Source of the DNA: Somniosus microcephalus
Taxonomy: Eukaryota
Direction: 5' to 3'
Assembly (NCBI GenBank): GCA_052327205.1
Contig: CM126207.1
Span: 260,648,001 to 260,712,000 of the forward strand
Length of the DNA stretch: 64,000 nt
The notes beneath the pieces were generated by a model, which searched no databases, had not been told where the DNA came from, and worked only from the letters and a program-made list of their open reading frames with translations. The translations under genes and the position numbers were made by a program. Below are positions 24,279 to 35,447 of this stretch, in pieces (within the stretch, counting starts at the first letter, position 1; each line of letters starts with the position of its first letter).

Positions 24279-27200
24279 ACCGTGTACATCAGGGGTCCTT
24301 GTCTGGCCCGAATTGTTCCAGATTGCCATTTCTCGTTTTTATAGTCCCTGGCTAACACCGGTTGTCCTATTTCAAAACTCCGACTGGGCTTGTTATTGAT
24401 ATGCTGGAACTGTTTGTTTTTGACTTCCCTCCGCACATTTGGTTTTAACAAGTCCAACCTGGACCGCAACCTCCTGTTATAGAACATCATGGCAGGACTT
24501 TGGTTTGTTGTTGCATGGGTGGCGTTCCGATATGCCAGTAGGAAATTGTCCACCTTGTGTTGCAGTGGAATCTGATCTTCGCTCATGGCCTTTATTGCCT
24601 TTTTGAACGTCTGTACAAACCTCTCGGCCAGCCCATTCGTAGCTGGATGATATGGGGCAGAGGTATAATGTTTCACCCCATTCTTCAGGAATTTCTGGAA
24701 TTCCTCTGACACGAACTGTGGTCCGTTGTCTGAACATATTTGCTCTGGCAATCCATTTCTTGCAAATATCGTTCTTAGCACCGCGATCGTCTTCTCCGAG
24801 GTAGTGGTAGTCATTTTAATCACTTCTGGCCATTTAGAATGTGCGTCCACCGCAATTAAAAACATGGAATCCATGAATGGACCAGCAAAGTCAATATGTA
24901 CACGTTGCCATGGGGTTGAAGGCCATTCCCATGGATGCAGCGGTGCAATTGGAGGTGCATTTTGGACTTTTTGGCACCCTGAGCAGCTTTTCGTCAGATC
25001 CTCTATCTGTTGGTCGATACCCGGCCACCACACATAAGCCCAAGCAAGGCTTTTCATCTTGACTCCCCCCAGATGACCTTCATGTAGTTCTTTTAGAACT
25101 CTCTCTCTTAACTTAGGAGGGATAATCACCCTTGTTCCATACATCAATGTTCCCTGACAGATGGACAGCTGTTCTCGTCTTGCTGAGAATGCTGGTAACA
25201 GTGGATCACCATGGGCTGGCCATCCCTTTACTGTCAATTCGTAGACCCGGGACAGTGTCGGGTCATTCCTAGTCTCCCTTTCAATATTTGCATTGGTGAC
25301 AGGTAAACATTCGATGATGGTCGAGTGAAATAACTCCACCGGGTCAACCGTCAGTGCCTCCTCCTCAGTAGGTAGTGGCAGGCGCGACAGCCCATCAGCA
25401 TTACCATGCTGCTTTGTACCTTTGAATTCTATCTGATATTGATGTGCCCCTAGGAAAAGGGACCATCTCTGGAGCCTCTGTGCTGTCATCGCCGAAACAC
25501 CCTTCTTAGGGTTAAAAATGGATACCAACGGCTGGTGGTCTGTCAGCAGTGTAAACTTCTGGCCCTGCAGGTAATGATTAAACTTCTTTACTCCCCACAC
25601 AAGGCTGAGAGCCTCCCTATCTATCTGAGCATAGTTGCGCTCAGCGGAGGTCAATGATCTGGATGCAAATGCGACTGGCCTTTCCAAGCCATTTGGCAAC
25701 TTGTGTGAGAGTACTGCTCCAATACCATAAGGAGAAGCATCACAAGCTAAACGAATAGGTAGCGTTGGGTTGAAGTGAGCCAACACTTCCTCTGAGGTGA
25801 TCAATGCCTTGCTTTTGCGAAAAGCCTTCTTACAGTCCTCGCTCCACTTCCATGGTACTTCTTTCTGCAAAAGAGCGTTCAGCGGGTGCAGCACGGTGGA
25901 TAGATTTGGCAGAAACTTATGGTAATACTTAATCAACCCTAGGAACGACCTCAACTGGGATACATTTTCCGGAGCGGGAGCCTTCACAACAGCTTCGATC
26001 TTGTCAGGTGACTTGTGCAGCCCCTCCTGGTCAATGACATGACCACAGTACGAGATCCGTTTCTGAAAGAACTCACATTTCTGGCGATTAACTCGAAGTC
26101 CATATTCCTTCAATCTGGTGAGCACCAGTTTCAAATTTGCAAGGTGTTCCTCATCGTCATCTCCTGTAATCAGGATATCGTCCAAGTAACATTGAGTGCT
26201 TGGAATTCCCTGTAATACCTGCTTCATGGCCCTCTGCCAAATTGCTGGAGCCGAAGCCACTCCAAAAACCAGTCTATTATATCGATACAAGCCTCTGTGC
26301 GTGTTGATTGTGAGATACTGGCGCGACTCTTCCTCAACTTCCATCTGTAAGTACGCTTGCGCCAGGTCTATCTTGGTGAAGTGTTTCCCGCCAGACAATG
26401 AAGCAAAGATATCCTCAATCCGCGGAAGCGGATATTGCACCGTGTGAAGCACCGGATTAACCGTGATCTTGAAGTCTCCACAGATGCGGACCTTCCCCGG
26501 TTCCCCTGGCTTGTTACTCGATGAACGCTTCATGACGGGAACAATGGGCGTAGCCCACTCACTCCAGTCCACCTTAGACAGTACTCCTGAATGTTCTAGC
26601 CCTTCCAGCTCAGCTTCCACAGCAGGTCGTATCGCATAAGGTACTGGTCTGGCTTTGAAAAATTTTGGGTTTGCATGTTCTGCAATCTTGATTTTTGCCG
26701 TAATTCCTCTCAGTGTTCCCAGTCCCTGTTGGAACACCTCTTTAACCTCATCCAATATTCTGGACAATCGTTCAGGTTTGACATCTTTTTTTTTTCCGGA
26801 ATCTACCGTTATTGCTTTTAGGGAGTGCCAGTCCATATTTATTTTCCTGATCCACTCCCGTCCCAGAAGTGGTGGACCTCCCTCAGGTAGTACATAGAAG
26901 TCCATTCCTTGGTGTTCTTTGCCCTTGTGTACCACCTTGACTTTTATCTTTCCGATGGGGTATACTCTTTGCCCCGTGTATGTCTGCAATACTATCTCCG
27001 TATCCCGTAGGGGAATATGTGTGAATAACCTTTTGTAATCTTGCTTATTCATGACCGTCAACGCCGATCCGGTGTCCAATTCCATCTTCACTTGGACTCC
27101 TGCTATCTGAAGTGTGACCCAGATAGTTTGTCGGTCAGCTTCCTTACTCACATTGTGAATTCTCAGACTACCCAGTTCCTTGCTGTTGGAGTCTGAATCC

Positions 27201-27967
27201 GAATTCTGTTCATCCGAACTCTTCTCAGCCACCTTATGTACCTTCCTGCACTTTTCCTGCGGTGACTTTTTGTTGCTGGTCTTCTTTCCTGACCGGCATA
27301 CTTTAGCTATGTGACCAAGCTTGCCACATTTTCTACATTCCTGATTTTTAAACCAGCATTGGTTCTGATCGTGTGTTGTCTTTCCACAACGATAACATTT
27401 CGCTGTACCCAAAGCCATTTGATCTACGCTGAGTACCGCTGCCTTCAGCTGCATTTCCGCAGTGCCTCTCGCTGCGGCTTCGTGCGATGCTGCAATAGTG
27501 ACAGCCTTATCAAGTGTAAGATCATTCTCTTCAAGCAGCCGCTTTTGTGTTCCTTCTTTCGACAATCCACACACGAATTTGTCTCTCAGTGCCTCTGTCA
27601 GTCTTTCCCCAAACTGACAGTATTTCGCTAGCTTACGCAGTTCAATTAAATACTCCGCGTTGCTTTCCTCTTTCAGTTGCGTTCTCGCATAAAATTTAAA
27701 TCGTTCCGCTAACATCAGCGGTGTGGGGTTCAAATGATTTCTCAGGACAGCAACAATATTAGCGAAAGCCTGATCCGCCGGTTTAGCTGGTGATAGAAGA
27801 TGCTTCAATAGCCCGTATGTCTTCGCACCCATTGAGTTTAGTAAGGTTAGTGCTTTATCTTCATCTGATATTTTATTTGCCTTACAATAAATCTCTATGC
27901 GTTCTACATACGTGGCCCAATCTTCAACATCGGGATCGAAATCGTTGATGTTACCACGCTTAGGCAT
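24269..27967 (-). CDS. Gag-Pol polyprotein (first ATG 27967)
   Basis: Two CCHC knuckles (CYRC..H..C, CRKC..H..C), protease LDTGS, RT YLDD, RNase H DAS, integrase H..H..C..C and DDE (HIDFAG, SDNG, GLAER) in Gypsy order. Confidence 0.95.
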   Translation of the reverse strand: MPKRGNINDFDPDVEDWATYVERIEIYCKANKISDEDKALTLLNSMGAKTYGLLKHLLSPAKPADQAFANIVAVLRNHLNPTPLMLAERFKFYARTQLKEESNAEYLIELRKLAKYCQFGERLTEALRDKFVCGLSKEGTQKRLLEENDLTLDKAVTIAASHEAAARGTAEMQLKAAVLSVDQMALGTAKCYRCGKTTHDQNQCWFKNQECRKCGKLGHIAKVCRSGKKTSNKKSPQEKCRKVHKVAEKSSDEQNSDSDSNSKELGSLRIHNVSKEADRQTIWVTLQIAGVQVKMELDTGSALTVMNKQDYKRLFTHIPLRDTEIVLQTYTGQRVYPIGKIKVKVVHKGKEHQGMDFYVLPEGGPPLLGREWIRKINMDWHSLKAITVDSGKKKDVKPERLSRILDEVKEVFQQGLGTLRGITAKIKIAEHANPKFFKARPVPYAIRPAVEAELEGLEHSGVLSKVDWSEWATPIVPVMKRSSSNKPGEPGKVRICGDFKITVNPVLHTVQYPLPRIEDIFASLSGGKHFTKIDLAQAYLQMEVEEESRQYLTINTHRGLYRYNRLVFGVASAPAIWQRAMKQVLQGIPSTQCYLDDILITGDDDEEHLANLKLVLTRLKEYGLRVNRQKCEFFQKRISYCGHVIDQEGLHKSPDKIEAVVKAPAPENVSQLRSFLGLIKYYHKFLPNLSTVLHPLNALLQKEVPWKWSEDCKKAFRKSKALITSEEVLAHFNPTLPIRLACDASPYGIGAVLSHKLPNGLERPVAFASRSLTSAERNYAQIDREALSLVWGVKKFNHYLQGQKFTLLTDHQPLVSIFNPKKGVSAMTAQRLQRWSLFLGAHQYQIEFKGTKQHGNADGLSRLPLPTEEEALTVDPVELFHSTIIECLPVTNANIERETRNDPTLSRVYELTVKGWPAHGDPLLPAFSARREQLSICQGTLMYGTRVIIPPKLRERVLKELHEGHLGGVKMKSLAWAYVWWPGIDQQIEDLTKSCSGCQKVQNAPPIAPLHPWEWPSTPWQRVHIDFAGPFMDSMFLIAVDAHSKWPEVIKMTTTTSEKTIAVLRTIFARNGLPEQICSDNGPQFVSEEFQKFLKNGVKHYTSAPYHPATNGLAERFVQTFKKAIKAMSEDQIPLQHKVDNFLLAYRNATHATTNQSPAMMFYNRRLRSRLDLLKPNVRREVKNKQFQHINNKPSRSFEIGQPVLARDYKNEKWQSGTIRARQGPLMYTVTR

Positions 27968-28720
27968 CCTCGCAATCTTCTTGAGAAACAAAAAGACATT
28001 TTTTTTTTTTTTTAAATGGCGGTTTCCCGCGCTTGTCTTCTTCCCCCGCCTACGAAAATGGCGGCTTCCCGCGTTTGCCTTTCTCCCCCGCTGGCTGTAA
28101 TGGCGATTGCCATATTGCTGCGTTCGCCCTCCCCAGCGGTTCTCAAATCGTGCCTCCCAGCCCCTCTTGCAGTCCGGTCCTTTCCCCCGGCTGCGGCTGA
28201 GTTCTCCGCGTTTTAAAAAAAAAAAAAATTTATCCCGCGCCTCGCGGCCTCGGTAGCTGCCCGGCCTTTTTCCCCGGTCGCGGTCGAGCTCTCTCTCGAC
28301 GCTGTTGCATCTCCCAGCCCGCTTGCAGCCCGGTCTTTTACACCGGCTGCGTTTGCATTCACCGCGGCTCCCGTGCCTTACGCTGCCCCAGTCTCAGCGC
28401 CTCTGGCCCCGACTTCTGTCCGGCTCTTTTCCCCGGCCGTGGTCGAGTTCTCCGCCCTTATATCCTTCGTTTTTCCCTCCCCTACTTCACAGCCAACGTG
28501 GCCGACTTGCTGCTCGTCGCTGATCGGCTTACCCACCACCGTGATAGAAGGGATGATCACTGCCTGTTGCTGATGGAAGGCTTCGTGTCAGGATTCTTCC
28601 TTGTTCTTCAGACCCGAGTCTTTTCTCAGCAGGATGATGAGGGCGGATGCCTCTTCTCGACGCCCGTTAAACTGCCTTGGATATATCTCTGCCGCAGGGT
28701 AAGATCGTCATCGTCGCCAC

Positions 28721-28955
28721 TGTTAAGTCTGTGTGTTCTAGTTATTGTTAATAAGAATCACTGCACACAGACCACAAGAGTAAATTCAACAGGTCTTTAC
28801 TAGTCGGAGGTCAGGCTGAACTGCCCAATAAATCATTACACAGCACTTATATACCGGTGTGGTCACCACCGGTATTACAGTATACAGCAGCCAAGATAAA
28901 GTAGTGCATCTCTTAAAATAGTTCTCTTAAAGGTGGAACGGTTACATACACCACA
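28721..28955 (-). repeat. 5' LTR (235 bp)
   Basis: Adjacent to the PBS; minus-strand TATA-like TATATAAG and variant polyA signal AGTAAA. Confidence 0.97.
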
Positions 28956-29199
28956 GAGACTGTTTTGATTTTCATTTTAAAAATAGTGAGACTTCCTTTC
29001 TAGACATGGTTGTATTGGCACATTATAATATTGTGACATTCCTATTTATAGCCTTCCTGATTACATTCTTCTGAGCGCATCTTTGCCATCCTAATATTGC
29101 TCAGCAGTTATGTAACAGAAGCGTGCGTTAGGCAAAAAAAAGTCAGAATTCAGGTGGAATCGAGTGCTCGGCATAAATTGGGGGGTGGGGAAGGGATGC

Positions 29200-30450
29200 A
29201 GTGCAAGGGTCGAAAGGCAGCGAGCCCCCTCCAGTGTTTATATATTTTTTTAAATCTCCTGATAGTGTCACAATAGGAATCTGGGCTGTTTCAACTGTGC
29301 CCTCAAGCCATCTGCAGAGGGTGAAAAGTCTTCTTATGGGCCAGCAACTCTGGACTGCCACTATTTTCTGTCCCAGTGACCTGGCAATTTATTAAAGAAA
29401 GGAAGAGAAGGGAAAAAAAAAACACACCAGATGTCCCTCATGGAAAAAAAAAGAGTGCTGCTTATATCCACCCCCCCCCCCCTTGCTGCTCATCCACAAA
29501 AGGAGGAAGGAGGCTACATCTTGACACTGCGATTCTGCCTGCACACAGCCAATGTAGGGGCAGGGGGCTGGCGGTTGCGGGTTAGGAGAGAGCCCCTTGA
29601 TATTAGCGGCTGCCAGCACTCTACACCTACAGCACACCCCAGCTTTTAAAAAAAAAAATTGCGAAAGAGGTCCCTCTGACAACTGCCTCATCTCATTAAT
29701 CTTGATGAGTTTCTGCTGAACGCTCTTCCACGGGCTTTCAAACTGTTCACTAATTGCAATTAATCACTTGCCGAAACAGATGTCAGGAACAATGGAATTT
29801 GGAAGACTGGAGGCTTGATAAAGCTGTCAGCCCAGGGTTGTTGTGGTGTGTGTGTGTGTGTGTGTGTGGGGCGCTCCTCCTGTCATGAGGGCACTGCAAC
29901 ACCTTCTCAATTCCATTTGTTCGGAATATGAGTTTGACCTCTTTTCGGCAAGTGACAGCAGCTGTCAAGCTCGCAACTCTAAAAGTGGATCAAATTAGAA
30001 AGAAATGCGCATCATCAAATATTTAAGAACGCGCTCGCTCTTAACCACTTTACAGCTCTCTCTCTCTCTCTCGATTTACTAAAATGTTCCTTCAAGGCAT
30101 CAGAAACAACACAATATACACAAGAGCAGATCTCTCCCCCCGCACAACCTTTAATATCTTAAAAGTCTATTGAATTTCCTATACTTTGGATCGTCCTGGG
30201 AGCTGAAATATTTATGGAGCGTGGATATTCAGTAACTGGGATACTGTTTTGTTTTTGTGCATGGCTGAGTCTGGTGGTGATTTTCAGTTGATCACCTGTA
30301 GTGACAGCTGCCGGAGAGGAGGCTTTCTTTTTACTCCCCTAAACAATAAAAATAAGGAAGGAATGGGACTGCAAAGAGTTTACCCTCCGTACTTCGGTTA
30401 AAAAGTCACGAGGTTACCAGTCTTTACGGCATTGCTTGGAAATAAAATGC
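29200..30450. promoter_or_regulatory. TE-free island with candidate conserved regulatory elements
   Basis: Multiple TGACAG/CTGTCA sites (e.g. TGACAGCAGCTGTCA ~29953), TAATTGCAATTA palindrome, (GT)n and (CT)n tracts. Confidence 0.35.
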
Positions 30451-30847
30451 ATATCTGTTTTCTTTTTAAATATATATATTTTTTTTAAAAAAGGCCCAGT
30501 TTATGCTTAAATGAAGCAGGTGTTCAGAAACGGTTTGTTGGCAGTAATTACTCTGAGATTAGGTGGTGCTATCTTTTTTAGAGAGGAGTAAGAATTATGT
30601 AATCTTAAAAGAATTGATTCGACGGTGTCATATGACTATCCTGACACTAAAGGCTTTGGGGTAGATTTTGACGTTGTGTGCTGGGTGGTGGCGAGTCAGC
30701 AGCCCGTTTTACGTCTCTTCTCCATTTTGGTTTTATTTCCATTGTGAAGTGTGTATAAACTACCTATTTCAAAGCAGCACTGACTTCTATTAACACTGAA
30801 AAGATGCCCCACGCCCATTCACTGATCTTTTGATTAAATTACAATGC

Positions 30848-31035
30848 GCCAACATCACTAAAAACAGGTGATCTGGATCATTATCACATTGCTGCTGTGG
30901 GAGCTTGCTGTGCGCAAATTGGCTGCCGCGTTTCCTACATTAAAACTTCGAAAAGTACTTCGTTGGCTGTAAAGCGCTCTGGGGCGTCCGGTGGTCGTGA
31001 AAGGCGCTGTAGAAATGCAAGTCTTTTCTTTTTTT
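30848..31035 (+). mobile_element. Deu-SINE 3' part
   Basis: caacatcactaaaaacag...gcgctgtagaaatgcaagtctt. Confidence 0.88.
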
Positions 31036-31039
31036 CCCG

Positions 31040-31465
31040 CTCCGACAGCTCAGCTGGGAAATGTACTGCATCGCATGAAACGGGGGGCCCGCACCTTCCA
31101 GCTAGGTTGTCCCGGTTTGATCCCTGATCTGTTAGCAGACTTGAGCCTTGAGCCCTGGTCTGTGCCGAGTTGGCCGATCTCGCACAAGGTGGCAGCGAGG
31201 GGGGGGGGGGGCGGGGGCGGGGGGGAGCAGCGAGAGGAGGGTTAATTAGCAATGGTTCTTGCTCCTGGACCCTGGCTAATGACCTGTGCTGGAGGCATCG
31301 GCCATGTCGAAGTCAGGAGATGCCCCGGCCTGCAAGTCAAATAGCCTGCCGACACTCGCTGTCAAAGCTTCTCACGTGGCGAATGGCCACTTGGGCATGG
31401 TAATGGTGGGCAATCAGCGCCTGTGCAACTCAACAAGAAGCAACACCCTCAAGGGGAGGGGGACG
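31040..31465 (+). mobile_element. Old diverged tRNA-headed SINE (family not named)
   Basis: gctcagctggg A-box-like, ggtttgatccct B-box-like; shares ctgtgccgagtt, gaatggccacttgggc and gcgcctgtg blocks with 50300-50670, 57380-57780 and 61020-61380. Confidence 0.55.
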
Positions 31466-32484
31466 GGAAATGGCCCAATAACAATACAAAGAACATATAT
31501 TTAGCAGGCCACAAAAATGGTTTCTAAAGACCTTTTATGTATTCCAATCTTCCTCCCTTAAATTAGATGCCGCTACAAAGCTCCAATTTAAAAGCAGGCT
31601 TCTATTTTCTAGCCACGTGAAGGAATAGTTAATCATCATCGCCCACTCAGCTGGCAGTGTGAACGGTTTTCAGCGCAACTCTGTAGGGAATTTTAGTCCT
31701 AATTCACAAGCCTCATGCAACTAAATATTACAATTATCCACAGAAAGAAATGACATTCTCCATTAAAAAAACATATAAAGGATCTCCGTCGCACGGCTTA
31801 TGTTCATAATAAGGAACGATAATTAAACTATTTGTTAATATGCTTCAGTACAAACTGTTCTTATATATAAAAAACACACTGTATATAAAATCCAATAATC
31901 CACCTGGCTCAAGGGTTCCTTTGGGGTTAGAGGGAATACAGGGTTATGTTACTTCACAGCTGTGTTTCCCCCCCACCCCCCCGCAAGTGTAATTTACCCC
32001 CCACGTACCAGTTTGTGATCACAGAGTGACTACACAGATGGCTTCTCCTGGTCCACCAGGGACATTTTTGGAAATTCCTTTTTTATTAGACTGACTAAAT
32101 TAAAAATTAAAAGAATACAGGCAGTTAGGAGACTTCTTTGGGTCCTTTTCCACCGGGCATGTGCACATTTATCACACCCTTGGACTGAAAATTGATTGGC
32201 TAAAAGGGCCGTCACATGTGAGACAATCGTTTCCGCTGTTGACTGCTGGACCATTGTCAGCAGAACTTCCAATCCACCCTCATTTCAAGACCGACAAGCC
32301 CATCCCTGAATAATTATCCACTTAAAAAAAATATATATACATAGTTATTTAATGACTCACATAACTAAATCATTTTGTATCAAAGAGAATAAAAAGTTTA
32401 CAAGAAAGCAAGATTTATGTGAGCCTAAAGCACATGAAAACCTAGCCAATGTGGCTGCACCCACACGTGTGGCAGAGTCCTCGC

Positions 32485-32612
32485 CAATGTTCCCTCATTT
32501 TGTTTTGGGTGCGTGGCCCCTTTAAGGGGCTGCGCGGCCCATTCACATTGAGAAAGCCGGTCTTGGGCTGCGCGGGACCAGCAGCGAGCTGTGCGGCTTA
32601 TAGGGAACGTTG
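32485..32612. mobile_element. Short hAT-type MITE
   Basis: TIRs CAATGTTCCCT / AGGGAACGTTG; 8-bp TSD gtcctcgc vs gtcttcac. Confidence 0.75.
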
Positions 32613-32639
32613 GTCTTCACCTTCATCAAAAATAGGGAG

Positions 32640-32965
32640 AAACTCTTTCCCCTGGCGGGAGGGTTGGTAACCAGAGGACACAGGTTGAAGATGGTTGGCA
32701 AAAGAACCAAAGGCGAGATGAGGAGAATATTTTTAAACTTTCACGCAGTGAGTTATGATGATCTGGAATGCACTGCCTGAAAGGGTGTTGAGAGCAGATT
32801 CAATTGTAACTTTCGAAAGGGAATTGGATATGTCCTTGGAAAGGATAACATTTGCAGAGTTGTGGAGAAAGTGCAGGGGAGTGGGACTCATTGGATAGTT
32901 CATTCAAAGAGCCGGCACAGGCACGATGGGCGGAATGGCCTCCTTCTGTGCTGTATGATTCTATG
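32640..32965 (+). mobile_element. CR1 3' end
   Basis: accagaggacacagg...tggaatgcactgcctgaaaggg...gaatggcctccttctgtgctgtatgattctatg. Confidence 0.85.
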
Positions 32966-34349
32966 TTAGACATCGTACGGGCGCAGGAACTCTGGTAACA
33001 ATAATGAGCACTGTGGCAATATGTGGTGAAGAAGGAAAGGTGCAAAGTGAGTTAATACATTGGATTTTGCTCTCTATGAACCTCTAGCCTGATGAACGGG
33101 TTGTTTATTTAATGATTACAAGTAAAGGTTGAATCAAGTTCTCTCTTCGAAACATATTAAAATGTATATTAATTTTATTCAGAACTTTGTATTTTGCACA
33201 TGTAGCCATTCAGGAATTATGGGTTATTTAATATCTGCGAGTCTTGTTTGCTGAGAAAGTGTCTTATTTTCCAACAGTCTGGTTATTCGGATATAAGCAC
33301 GGCAGCCCAACCTGTGTGATGGCATTTCTCTGGTGAACAAACGCTGTTTTTAGACTTGCCGGGCAGAGTCCAGTGTCTAATTCAGATTGAGAGAGACAGG
33401 TGCAGTTTCATTAAAAAAAAAGCTAATAAAACAAATGTAAAAAGGCTACGCAGAGTATCCCGTGGAACCAGCCAAGTTCACAGCAGAAAGTAGGATGGCA
33501 GTTTCCCACCTGTAGATAGAGGCTGTCACTTTAACAGTCAACATGAAAGTAACCTCACTGGGTTTGCAACCCAAATCAGCTTGCAGTTTTAAAAAAAAAA
33601 AGAAACAGTCGGACTCATCTTAAAGCCACCACTGGCTTGTTCCAGTATTTCCCAGCTCAGAAAGGTTGTAATGCATACAGAGCATCAGGCTTGAGCTGAA
33701 CGATGTGCCATTCTGGTTATACAGCATGTCCAGAGGGTGTCAAGAGAGGCAGGCTGTGCTCCCGATGATGCGCTGATGCACTGTGGCTCTACCGGGACAT
33801 TCCAAGAGGCGCTATACTCGCAGAATCACAAAGACACCTGTAACCGGAGCTGAGATAACTTGATTACTAATGTAGGGCGATAGTTCAACACATGCTGACT
33901 AGATGCTGAACATAATAAATCTGTAATGTTACTGTACAAGTAGAGCAAGTAATGCGAGGTAATGACAGCTACTCCCACACCTACACGGATCACTTCAGAC
34001 ATCTCTTGTGGAGGAAAACAAATGGAGTCAAAAAGGCCGCACTACGAAAGGGGAGCAAAACTTTGCCAAGTGTTTTAAGTCAGAAGTGCCAAATTGCTTC
34101 CAGTCCAAAAACTGAAACTTTAAATGCAGACAGCAAAACCACATTGCCCCACCCTCCCAACTTAAAGACGCATTACCTAGTACAGCTTACTTGCTCAAAT
34201 GTCATGCCCCTAAATTTTATTTTAAGGCCGAGGCCAACGCTGTGGGACCTGGTTTTCAAAATTTCCATCCGGCAATGAGGCCCACACATGCTGGCGGCCT
34301 GACTTACTTTCAAGTCTCAAAATGTCTGTCACAAAAATTGGGAGCGCTG

Positions 34350-34506
34350 TGAACACATTCCTGCTAGGCTGCGCGGCCGCCAAGTGGGTCGCTCACCGGC
34401 TCTTACATGGAAGAAACCGCGCACTCGCGAAAATTTGAATGGGCCCGCGCAGCCAGTTAAAGGGACCGCGCACGGAAAACAAAAAAAATTATAGAGGGAA
34501 CACTGG
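34350..34506 (-). mobile_element. hAT-type MITE fragment (family of 5102 and 32485)
   Basis: Ends AGAGGGAACACTG; internal match to 5120-5195. Confidence 0.65.
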
Positions 34507-35010
34507 CTGTGAATTGGGTGCACATCCGCTGTCCACGAAATCCTGTGCTACTGACAAAGCCTCGCAAAATTTACCCCGGACACCCAAAGTCACGAATAAC
34601 AGGCTATAAAAAGGGGAAAAACCAAACAAGACTCACATTATCTCAATGCATTCTCTCCAACACTGCCCCCCCCCCCCTGACCACCCCAACCCCACACCCT
34701 TAGGCAGACCATCATATAGTGGCAAGAAAATGACTTCTGGTTTAATTTGTACACATAAATAATAAATTAAAAGCTGCAAATAATATCATGGAGTGCACAC
34801 GAACATCTAAACCTTTCAGGTAGACTACAGCCTTGTAGCTGAAGCCAAGGTACTGATTATTTGCTTTGCCCAAAATGTTCCCGTTCCTGACTGCGAAAAA
34901 CAAAACTGTCACTATGTTCTTCAGCTTTGGCCTATTGTATGTACCTCAGGTAGCGGGTACATTCATTCTGTCTCTCCTCTCCCACTCTTGAGGTAGAGAG
35001 CAATAGGCAA

Positions 35011-35447
35011 CTCATCTTCCGATTAGGCACTCTGCAGCCTTCCGGTCTCAATATCGAGTTCAACAATTTCAGATCATAACCTCGGCCCCCATTTCATTTT
35101 CACTTATATTTTTCCACTCCTTTCCTTTCCCCCCCCCCTTTCCTTTTGTTTCTCTCTCACACCTGGCAGCTATCTTTTGCCCTGCCAGTACACTTTACAC
35201 CTAATCACAGCCTATTACCATCTCGTCTAGCTTCTAATCTCTTTTACTTCTTTTGGTTCTTTTATTCTTTTGTCCGATCGCAGCCCTGCCTTCGATCTAG
35301 TTCCTTTTCTCTCCAGTTTTGAAGAAGGGTCAAACCCGAAACGTCAACTCAAATTTCTCTCCACGGATGTTGCCTGACTTGCTGAGTTTTTCCAGCATTT
35401 TCTGTTGTTATTTCGGATTTCCAACATCTGCAGTATTTTGCTATCGT
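35011..35447 (+). mobile_element. Penelope-like element 3' end (GIY-YIG tail + hammerhead), 12-bp TSD
   Basis: LIFRLGTLQPSGLNIEFNNFRS*; TSD AGCAATAGGCAA at 34999-35010 and 35448-35459. Confidence 0.88.
35315..35349 (+). ncRNA. Minimal hammerhead motif, GUC cleavage triplet, C3U variant
   Basis: AGTT-TTGAAGA-A-GGGT-CAA-ACCC-GAAAC-GTC-AACT. Confidence 0.6.

Larger units (their letters stand above)
23690..28955 (-). mobile_element. Near-intact Ty3/Gypsy LTR retrotransposon (Mag/SURL-like single gag-pol)
   Basis: TG...CA termini; TSD GAGAC at 23685-23689 and 28956-28960; two LTRs; PBS TGGCGACGA 28711-28719; PPT AAAAAGGGAGGAT 23922-23934. Confidence 0.98.

Noticed and set aside
27999-28018. -1 ribosomal frameshift site (TTTAAAA) linking the leader frame to gag
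   Set aside because: The heptamer is not in X-XXY-YYZ phase with the upstream frame, and the homopolymer length is unreliable.
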